This document shows positions 29,331 to 37,253 of a DNA stretch of 64,000 bases, piece by piece (the first letter of the stretch is position 1; each line of letters begins with the position of its first letter). The stretch is from contig SKGS01000031.1 of assembly GCA_007117355.1 (NCBI GenBank), positions 24,542 through 88,541 of the forward strand, given 5' to 3'. Source of the DNA: Lishizhenia sp. Its GTDB lineage: Bacteria > Bacteroidota > Bacteroidia > Flavobacteriales_D > Crocinitomicaceae. The notes beneath the pieces are model-generated. The model was not told the DNA's origin, made no database searches, and saw only the letters and a program-made list of their open reading frames with translations. A program made the translations under genes and the position numbers.

Positions 29331-29728
29331 ACGACCACCGAAGGTAGCAGCGAAGCTAATTTTCGTAATAACCTGATAGACAATAGCTAATCGAATATTT
29401 CATTCAACTCTCTCTTTTCCAAACTATTTCGAAACTAGTAAACTAAAAAAGTAGGTGGGTAAAAGAACAAATCAAATGATTAGACCAAAACAGAGGTAAA
29501 AAGCTTTGCTTTTTCGGATAATTTCTGGGTTTTTGAAAACAATGAATTACACTGCCCTTCTAGGTTAATTCTCGCCACTCGAACCAACAATCAATAAAAA
29601 TATATTCCTGTGCCAACAGCCTTACAGAGCAAAAAATTCACAAAGTTTTTAGGGTTAAAATATGCTAAAAAACTGAAAAGTTCGGTAATTAAACAATTTA
29701 CTTTCGTATATTCACTATTTTTCACGAT

Positions 29729-30664
29729 ATGATCATGCGCAATTTCAAATTATTCCCTATCTCGATTATCGCATTATTTACATTTCTGATTTACAGTTGT
29801 AATGAAGGGGAGTTTAATGACGATTATGAAGAGCCTAGCGCGGAAAAAATAGCAGAAAGACCTACCGAAAAAGAATCAGTGTTGTCATCCGCTGCCTCAT
29901 TTTCTGGAGATACTACCAAGCAGTATATTCGAACCGCAGATATAAAATTCCGAGTAGAAAATGTTTTGAATTCTACTTATGAAATAGAACAGCTAACACT
30001 CGATTATAATGGTTTTGTTGGGCTTTCTGAGTTGCGAAATAAACTTCACAAAACGGAAACTATAACAATATCTAAAGACTCTCTAGTTGAGGTTTTGCAT
30101 AGTTCAATGTTTAATCAACTTACCGTTTTTGTTCCTTCTGAGCAACTACATTCTTTTCTTTTGCAATTAGGTCAACATATCGATTTTTTAGATTATCGCA
30201 TCATAAAAGCGGAGGATGTGAGTTTTCAACTGCTTCAAGAGAAATTAAAATCAAGCAGGCTGAAACAGTCCCAAGAAGAATTGAGTGAATTGCAATCGGA
30301 TAGTTTAGCTAGTACGGATAGAATTCGAAAAATACAAGAAAAACAAAAAGCAAGCACTGGATTAGATGAATTACGGATTCGTCAAATGATTACCGATGAT
30401 AAGGTAAAGTGGAGCGAAGTAGCGATTGAAATTTACGAACGAAAATCAAAAGCTTATTTTGTTTTAGAAAACCATCAACACCTTAGCAGTTATCAACCTG
30501 GTTTCTGGACACAGTGGAAAGAAGCTTTGATAGAAGGCTGGGATATACTAAGAGAAATAGTTTTGTTGTTGAGCAGAACTTGGGGAATAGTCGTACTAGT
30601 TGTATTAGGTATTTTCGTGTATAGGAGAATTAAAGGCAGAACAGAGCATCACAGGGAAGAATAG
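29729..30664 (+). CDS. DUF4349-like lipoprotein with C-terminal transmembrane anchor
   Basis: Lipoprotein signal (LIYSC). The YIRTADIKFRVENV...GFV segment, a central coiled coil and a C-terminal transmembrane helix match my memory of the DUF4349 layout. Confidence 0.5.
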   Translation: MIMRNFKLFPISIIALFTFLIYSCNEGEFNDDYEEPSAEKIAERPTEKESVLSSAASFSGDTTKQYIRTADIKFRVENVLNSTYEIEQLTLDYNGFVGLSELRNKLHKTETITISKDSLVEVLHSSMFNQLTVFVPSEQLHSFLLQLGQHIDFLDYRIIKAEDVSFQLLQEKLKSSRLKQSQEELSELQSDSLASTDRIRKIQEKQKASTGLDELRIRQMITDDKVKWSEVAIEIYERKSKAYFVLENHQHLSSYQPGFWTQWKEALIEGWDILREIVLLLSRTWGIVVLVVLGIFVYRRIKGRTEHHREE

Positions 30665-30885
30665 TAGTTAAAAAGAGAGCACGCGACATAAGTTGCTATG
30701 AGAGAAAGTGAACAATAAAAAATATTGAAATAAAATGTAATCTATTAGTTGAATTTTAAAAAATTATTAAGAATTTTGCAGCGTGAATTTGAACGCTGTT
30801 TAACTGTATTTGATTAGTACAAACTATTATTCAAAAATGGTTAAATACAAAAAGTTGAACTGTCCATGAAAAAGCTTTTGCAGAG

Positions 30886-31893
30886 ATGAAAATCTCGAAA
30901 AAGAAATTAACTTATTCTATTCCAGATAGCGTTTCTCGTTATCTATCGTTTTACGGACGTCTAAAAGAACTACCACTAAGTTATGATTCACTAAGACGTT
31001 ATAAAGAATCTTTTGCCTTGGATTCTACATTGTGGCAAACAGTAATTTATTCGCCAGAGGATGCTGAAGAAATCAATGCAGGCTTATGTTATATTTATTC
31101 ATTGCTTCGTACTTCTGGAAATATAATGGTAATGAAGCACTTGCGAGTTGACAGGATCGATTTATGCATGTTTGGAAACTCACAGCCATTTCGAGTACGG
31201 ATAATCAATGACTTTAACGACAATTACGATTATTTCTATGTTAAAAGAGCGGATTTATCTAGGGTTATAGGTTTGGAATTAGAAGATTTATTAAGCCCAA
31301 ACAAAATTAGCTATTACGTAGATAAAAACACACTTATTGAAGAACATATTACTGGAATTCCTGGAGATGAATTTATTTTAAACGAAATGAAACATCCTAA
31401 AGCCAATAAAACTAGATTGGCAAAGGAGTTTATAAAGTTTAATGAGCGATGTTTTTATACGCTTTTAGGTGATATGCGCTCGTATAATTTTGTGGTAGAA
31501 TTGACCCACGATTTTGATGGAATGCAATACCGAATTCGCTCCATAGACTTTGACCAGCAATGTTACGAAGGAAGGGCAAGATTGTATTTACCTCAATTTT
31601 ATAAAGAAAATTTTGAATATGTAAATATGGTAACTTCAACCTTGGATACAAAGTCCATCGTTCAATACCAAAGTGAGGAGCGTTCTCGTTTAGCATCTCG
31701 TGTAAAACATGCACGATATATTTTGAAGGATTTGTTTGATGTAATTGCGAAAGAAGTTATTTCACCGGAAGAAAAAGTGAGGCAACTAGGAAAGGAGTTG
31801 GCAAATTATCATAAAACAACCTTTTTTGATAATTGTAAAACAATGGCAGAATTGCTGCGTCAACAGCTTTTGTTGCTAGATTATGATGAATAA
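30886..31893 (+). CDS. hypothetical protein with atypical protein-kinase-like (RIO/Kdo-kinase-like) motif set
   Basis: Candidate beta3 Lys in YFYVKRA (K120), hinge-like IEEHITG, catalytic-loop-like LGDMRSYNFVV (res 194-204) and Mg-binding-like SIDFDQ (res 219-224), in the correct order and with plausible spacing. This is inference only. Confidence 0.4.
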   Translation: MKISKKKLTYSIPDSVSRYLSFYGRLKELPLSYDSLRRYKESFALDSTLWQTVIYSPEDAEEINAGLCYIYSLLRTSGNIMVMKHLRVDRIDLCMFGNSQPFRVRIINDFNDNYDYFYVKRADLSRVIGLELEDLLSPNKISYYVDKNTLIEEHITGIPGDEFILNEMKHPKANKTRLAKEFIKFNERCFYTLLGDMRSYNFVVELTHDFDGMQYRIRSIDFDQQCYEGRARLYLPQFYKENFEYVNMVTSTLDTKSIVQYQSEERSRLASRVKHARYILKDLFDVIAKEVISPEEKVRQLGKELANYHKTTFFDNCKTMAELLRQQLLLLDYDE

Positions 31894-31938
31894 GTTGAAA
31901 AAACCTTAAATTAAATATAACAGAGTTAAGTGAAGACC

Positions 31939-34900
31939 ATGGAAAAATCTACAAAGCAAATCAACAAGTTACTTGTTGCCAATCGAAGTGAAATAGCCAT
32001 TCGTGTTTTTCGAGCAGCTACGGAATTAAAAATTAAAACAGTTGCTGTTTACACCTTCGAAGACCGCTATTCTTTGCACAGATACAAAGCGGATCAAAGT
32101 TTTCAAATAGGGGATGAAACAGATGCGCTAAAACCTTATTTGGACATTGAAGAAATCATTCGAGTTGCCAAAGAAAACAACGTGGATGCGATTCATCCAG
32201 GTTATGGTTTCTTGTCTGAAAACGTAGATTTTGTAAGACGTTGTGAGGAAGAAGGAATCATCTTTGTTGGTCCAACTGTGGAGGCAATGATGAAACTAGG
32301 GGATAAGGTTCGTGCCAAGAATGTTGCGCGTGAGATTGGTGTTCCGCTTATTCCAGATAACAAAAAGAATTTAGAAACGGCTGATGATGCAAAACGAGAA
32401 GCTGAACTGATAGGTTATCCTGTTATGTTGAAGGCTGCTGCAGGCGGAGGTGGTCGCGGAATGCGAGTGGTTAGAACCGAAAACGAAATTGCACAAGCTT
32501 TTCAAGAAGCAAAAGGTGAAGCTAAGAAAGCGTTTGGTGATGATACCATGTTTATAGAAAAGTTCATTGAGAACCCTAAGCACATTGAAGTCCAAATTTT
32601 AGGGGATAATCACGGAAACATCGTGCATTTATTTGAAAGAGATTGCTCTGTTCAGCGACGTTTTCAAAAGGTTGTTGAAGTAGCTCCTTCCATACTTAAG
32701 CAAGAAACAAAAGATAAACTATACGGGTATGCAGTTGCTATTGCAAAACATGTGAAGTATAACAATGCAGGAACGGTGGAGTTTTTAGTGGATAAAGACG
32801 AAAACATTTACTTCATCGAGGTAAATCCACGAATTCAAGTAGAGCATACCATTACAGAAGAAATTACGGGAATCGATATTGTTCGTTCTCAAATAATTAT
32901 TGCAGCAGGTCATCCACTATCACATAGTCAAATTTTTATCCCTTCTCAGGAATCTATCAAACAAAATGGATGGGCTATTCAGTGTAGAATAACAACTGAA
33001 GACCCTTCGAATGACTTTAAGCCAGATTACGGTAAAATTGTGGCATACAGAAATGCAGCTGGTTATGGTATTCGACTAGACGAAGGAAGTAGCTATTCAG
33101 GAATGAACGTTTCTCCATTTTTTGACTCAATGCTTGTAAAGGTTTCAGCAAGTGGAAGAACGTTAAAAGGGGCATCCGATAGACTACAACGAACCCTTAG
33201 AGAATTTAGAATTAGAGGCGTTAAAACCAATATTCCATTCCTTATCAACGTGATGGGTGACCCAATTTTCCACAGTGGAGAAGCTACCGTTGGTTTTATT
33301 CAAGAGAATCCTCATTTGCTCAAGAAAATTAAAGGAGAAGGAAAAGATAGAGGGACAAAACTATTAAAGTATTTGGCCGAACTTAAAGTCAATGGTCACC
33401 CTGATGTTAAAGCCTTCGACCCAAATAAAACGTTCAGAAAGCCATTGGTGCCAAAATGGGAAGCTAAATCAGAATTTCCTAAAGGTTCAAAGGATTTACT
33501 CAACGAATTAGGTCGTGAAGGGTTTGTAGATTATGTGAAGAATCAAAAGCCTGTCATGTTTACCGATACGACATTTAGAGATGCACATCAGTCTCTTTTT
33601 GCTACAAGGCTTCGAAACTACGATATGTTAAAGGTAGCAGAAGGAATGGCAAAATCATTTCCTGAGTTATTCTCCATGGAAGTTTGGGGTGGTGCTACTT
33701 TTGACGTTTGTATGCGCTTCCTTCACGAAGATCCTTGGGATAGATTACGTCAACTTCGGGAGGCGGTGCCAAATGTTTTATTGCAAATGTTGTTTAGAGG
33801 AAGCAATGGAGTAGGGTATGCAGCCTATCCGGATAATGTGCTCGAAAAATTTATTGTAAAAAGTGCTGAAAACGGAATTGATGTTTTCCGAATTTTCGAT
33901 TCTTTAAATTGGTTTGAAGGAATGGAAAACAGTATCAAAGCTGTAAGAAATCAGACTAATTCACTTGCTGAAGCATGTATTTGTTACACAGGAGATTTCC
34001 TTAATCCAGACCGTCAGAAATACAATTTACAATACTACATTGACTTAGCGAAGCGATTAGAAGATGCGGGAGCGCATATGTTAGCTATTAAAGATATGGC
34101 TGGTTTATTAAAACCTTACGGAGCGCATAAGTTAGTCACTGAATTGAAAAATCATATCAGTCTTCCTGTTCATTTACATACGCACGACACTTCTTCCATT
34201 CAAAGTTCAACTTACTTAAAAGCTATTGAAGCTGGGGTAGATGTTGTGGATGTTGCGTTGGCTTCCATGAGTGGACTAACATCGCAGCCTAATTTCAACT
34301 CTTTAGTTGCTGCACTTCAAGACCATGAAAGAGCATCTTCCATTGACTTGAAAAAATTGAACGAATACTCTAATTACTTTGAGTTGGTTCGAGAATTTTA
34401 TTACCCATTTGAAAGCGAATTAAAAGCAGGTACAGCTGAAGTATATGAACATGAAATACCTGGCGGACAATACTCGAACTTATTACCTCAAGCGCGTGGT
34501 TTAGGGTTAGAAGATAAGTTTGAAACCATCAAAAAGAATTACCAAGATGTTAACTTATTGTTTGGTGACATCGTAAAAGTAACCCCTTCTTCAAAAGTAG
34601 TTGGAGACATGGCAATGTTTTTGACTTCCAATAACCTGACCGTTAATGATGTAATGGAGAAAGGGGAGGACTTAGCATTTCCTCAATCGGTGAAACAGTT
34701 GTTCAAAGGAGACTTAGGACAGCCTCATGGTGGTTTTCCAAAAGAATTACAAAAAATTATTTTAGGGAATATTCAACCATATACCGAAAAACCAAATGCA
34801 CATATTCCACCAATTAATTTTGATGAAGAATTAAAAGCATTTAGAGAGAAATTTGATGCTTCTTTAACCGAAGAAGACTTCCTTTCTTATTTGATGTATC

Positions 34901-35394
34901 CTAAAGTATTTGAGGATTTTTATCAATTTAATAAGCATTTTGGTATTGTTGAAAAACTACCTACTCCAAGTTTCTATTATCCTATGCAGCCCAATGAGGA
35001 AATCATGGTAGAGATAGAATCTGGTAAAAATCTTTTGATTCGTTTTCGCTACATGGGTGAACCAAACGAAGAAGGTTACAGAGAAGTATTTTTTCAGATT
35101 AATGGTCAAACGAGAAACATATTGGTCAAAGACAACAGTATCCAGGTGTCCAAAGTACTTCATGCTAAAGCTACTGGTCCAAATGATGTTGGCGCACCAC
35201 TTCAAGGCAAGTTACTTGACCTAATGGTTAAAGAAGGAGATAAAGTAACCAAAGGTCAACCGTTGTTTGTCATCGAAGCCATGAAAATGGAAACAACTGT
35301 CAACGCACATGTTGATGGAGAAGTTCAACGCATTTTGATTCAGTCAAATACAATGGTAGAACAAGATGACTGCGTAATGGAGCTAAGGGTTTAA
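31939..35394 (+). CDS. pyc: pyruvate carboxylase (single-chain)
   Basis: Biotin carboxylase N-terminal domain (KAAAGGGGRGMRVV), carboxyltransferase TIM-barrel (FTDTTFRDAHQS) and the C-terminal biotinyl-lysine motif EAMKME. The track start at 31930 is a GTG, and the first ATG is at 31939. Confidence 0.95.
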   Translation: MEKSTKQINKLLVANRSEIAIRVFRAATELKIKTVAVYTFEDRYSLHRYKADQSFQIGDETDALKPYLDIEEIIRVAKENNVDAIHPGYGFLSENVDFVRRCEEEGIIFVGPTVEAMMKLGDKVRAKNVAREIGVPLIPDNKKNLETADDAKREAELIGYPVMLKAAAGGGGRGMRVVRTENEIAQAFQEAKGEAKKAFGDDTMFIEKFIENPKHIEVQILGDNHGNIVHLFERDCSVQRRFQKVVEVAPSILKQETKDKLYGYAVAIAKHVKYNNAGTVEFLVDKDENIYFIEVNPRIQVEHTITEEITGIDIVRSQIIIAAGHPLSHSQIFIPSQESIKQNGWAIQCRITTEDPSNDFKPDYGKIVAYRNAAGYGIRLDEGSSYSGMNVSPFFDSMLVKVSASGRTLKGASDRLQRTLREFRIRGVKTNIPFLINVMGDPIFHSGEATVGFIQENPHLLKKIKGEGKDRGTKLLKYLAELKVNGHPDVKAFDPNKTFRKPLVPKWEAKSEFPKGSKDLLNELGREGFVDYVKNQKPVMFTDTTFRDAHQSLFATRLRNYDMLKVAEGMAKSFPELFSMEVWGGATFDVCMRFLHEDPWDRLRQLREAVPNVLLQMLFRGSNGVGYAAYPDNVLEKFIVKSAENGIDVFRIFDSLNWFEGMENSIKAVRNQTNSLAEACICYTGDFLNPDRQKYNLQYYIDLAKRLEDAGAHMLAIKDMAGLLKPYGAHKLVTELKNHISLPVHLHTHDTSSIQSSTYLKAIEAGVDVVDVALASMSGLTSQPNFNSLVAALQDHERASSIDLKKLNEYSNYFELVREFYYPFESELKAGTAEVYEHEIPGGQYSNLLPQARGLGLEDKFETIKKNYQDVNLLFGDIVKVTPSSKVVGDMAMFLTSNNLTVNDVMEKGEDLAFPQSVKQLFKGDLGQPHGGFPKELQKIILGNIQPYTEKPNAHIPPINFDEELKAFREKFDASLTEEDFLSYLMYPKVFEDFYQFNKHFGIVEKLPTPSFYYPMQPNEEIMVEIESGKNLLIRFRYMGEPNEEGYREVFFQINGQTRNILVKDNSIQVSKVLHAKATGPNDVGAPLQGKLLDLMVKEGDKVTKGQPLFVIEAMKMETTVNAHVDGEVQRILIQSNTMVEQDDCVMELRV

Positions 35395-35416
35395 AAAGAG
35401 TTCATCTTTAACAGAT

Positions 35417-35456
35417 AAAAAAAGAGGTTGTCAGAATTGGCAACCTCTTTTTTTAG
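35417..35456 (+). terminator. intrinsic terminator after pyc
   Basis: Perfect 10-bp stem aaagaggttg (35421-35430) with caacctcttt (35441-35450), followed by a T-run. Confidence 0.7.
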
Positions 35457-35599
35457 GTTATTGACATATAAGACTTTATATTGAGTTTTTTTCAGATTTT
35501 GGTTCAATCTACAAAAAGGTGGAGGAGAAAATTTAATAGAGCATAATAGTAGTTGAAAGAATGTAAAATCTCATCAAAAAAGTAATTCGGTTGAGAGAT

Positions 35600-35731
35600 G
35601 CGCCTTTATATTTTTTTGAAGATGGAGTGAACTGAAATTCGCTAATAATGGCGGAAGTTCCGGAGCTTTGCGGAGGAAATCACCGACATTATCGAATTTC
35701 AGGAATGGAATCAATAAAAAATATACAGCGC
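35600..35731. repeat. 132-nt imperfect palindrome, candidate structured RNA or MITE-like element
   Basis: The inner stem is ctgaaattcg (35632-35641) plus ataatg (35645-35650), pairing with cattat (35687-35692) plus cgaatttcag (35693-35702). That is 16 bp with a 3-nt bulge. The outer stem is gcgc and tatatttttt (35600-35616) pairing with aaaaaatata and gcgc (35716-35731). The loop contains the palindrome cggaagttccg (35652-35662). Confidence 0.55.
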
Positions 35732-35880
35732 TAGACTTTTTTGTTTACTTTTTTTGGCAATGAAAAAAAGTAAAAAAGCCAAACAAGAATTGTATTTATT
35801 GCGGTTATAATGAAGTTAGCCCAGTAAAAGCTTCCTATGCCCAACCGAAGGGTTACATTTCCGATGTCTTGGAATGTGGG

Positions 35881-37005
35881 TTAATCAAATTCTGGATTCA
35901 CCTTAAAAATAGCCCCTTCACTTTCATTGATGAAATAAATATGACCTGTTGGACACATCACAACATCTCTAATCCTTCCTTGCCCTTGGAAATATCTTTT
36001 TTCTGTAACGTAATTGGTTCCATTAAAAATTACACGGTTAAGGTGTTGACCAGCTAATGCTCCAGTTAACACATGACCTTTCCATCCACTGTAAATATCT
36101 CCATCAATAATACACATTCCAGATGGAGCGATACTTGGAGTCCAATGATGTAAAGGATCTTTCATGCCGGGAAGCGTTGTGTCGTTTGATATTACACCTC
36201 CACCATATTGCTCACCATGAGTAACGAGCGGCCACCCATAATTTTCTCCTGCTTTCAAGAGGTTAATTTCGTCTCCACCTTGTGGACCATGTTCATGACT
36301 CCATATTTCTCCTGTTTCGGGATGTGTAACCAAACCTTGAATATTGCGATTCCCGTAAGTAAAAATGGCATCACTTACCTCTTCGTTGTTCACAAAAGGA
36401 TTGTCAGTAGGAACGGAACCATCAGCATTAAGTCGAAGGACACAACCTATCTCATTTTCTGTATTTTGCGCTTCATTCATTGCTCCGCGATCTCCAATAG
36501 AAAAATATAAATAACCTGCGTTGTCAAACGTTATTCTACTTCCAAAATGAGCGCCTGATGAACTCCAAGCGCTAGCGACATAGATTTCTTCAAAATTTGA
36601 AACACTACTGTTTTGATAGGTCATTTTTCCTAAAGCTGTAGTAAATTGACCTCCTTGTTGCTTTGTATAGGTAACAAAAAATAAATTATCAGATTCAAAA
36701 TTAGGAGATAAAGCAATTCCAAGTAAACCGCCCTGACCTTGAATTACAGCATTGGGAACAGTAAATAGCTGTTCCGAACTTCCATTTTCTACATTTACAA
36801 GAATAATTTCACCACTTTTTTGAGTTAACAAGGCATGAGAAGCATCTAAAAAGGTCATTCCCCAAGGCATGTTTAAATTTTCAACTACTACTTCACGTGA
36901 TAAGTCATCTGGGGAGTTAAAGGTATCATCAGGACCATTTTCTTCATCGTCATTGTTACAGGAAAAAAGCAGTAAAAGCAAAAAAAATAGCGTAAAATTC
37001 TTCAT
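35881..37005 (-). CDS. PQQ-dependent sugar dehydrogenase (soluble aldose/sorbosone dehydrogenase family) lipoprotein
   Basis: Lipoprotein signal (LFSC). The beta-propeller sequence has segments characteristic of the YliI/sGDH family: NRNIQGL, HGPQGGDEIN, GENYGWP. Confidence 0.75.
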   Translation of the reverse strand: MKNFTLFFLLLLLFSCNNDDEENGPDDTFNSPDDLSREVVVENLNMPWGMTFLDASHALLTQKSGEIILVNVENGSSEQLFTVPNAVIQGQGGLLGIALSPNFESDNLFFVTYTKQQGGQFTTALGKMTYQNSSVSNFEEIYVASAWSSSGAHFGSRITFDNAGYLYFSIGDRGAMNEAQNTENEIGCVLRLNADGSVPTDNPFVNNEEVSDAIFTYGNRNIQGLVTHPETGEIWSHEHGPQGGDEINLLKAGENYGWPLVTHGEQYGGGVISNDTTLPGMKDPLHHWTPSIAPSGMCIIDGDIYSGWKGHVLTGALAGQHLNRVIFNGTNYVTEKRYFQGQGRIRDVVMCPTGHIYFINESEGAIFKVNPEFD

Positions 37006-37227
37006 TGTTTAAAAGTTTATTTCAATAGTTTGATAGACTTCTAAAAATAGAAAAAATCGTTTTATTTTCCAAGGGCTTTAGAATCAAAATTAGAAAATGT
37101 AATCATTGAAACATTATTTTTTTTTAAGGAAAATCGAGAAACGAGTTAAAAAAAGAACACTATTAATTTCTTTGACAAAACCACACGTAAATTCAACATT
37201 TTACTTTTCTAAACGTTACTGATTCAT

Positions 37228-37235
37228 TAATTTTG
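37228..37235 (+). promoter_or_regulatory. -7 promoter box (TAatTTTG) for hutU
   Basis: taattttg lies 18 nt upstream of the ATG at 37254 and overlaps the TTG used by the ORF track at 37233. Confidence 0.45.
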
Positions 37236-37253
37236 CACCAAAACATTTATACT

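Noticed and set aside
29575-29605. tRNA T-arm-like string (reverse complement ggttcgagtgg) that could mark a tRNA-derived att site at the right edge of the islet
   Set aside because: The flanking bases do not form a T-stem or acceptor stem. No matching copy or tRNA gene exists at the left edge of the islet. The match is too short to be meaningful.
35741-35786. A/T-only quasi-palindrome (ttgtttactttttttggcaatgaaaaaaagtaaaaaagccaaacaa), a possible terminator for the PQQ dehydrogenase gene
   Set aside because: The stems are almost entirely A-T homopolymer pairs and it lies about 95 nt from the stop codon. This is too weak to call.
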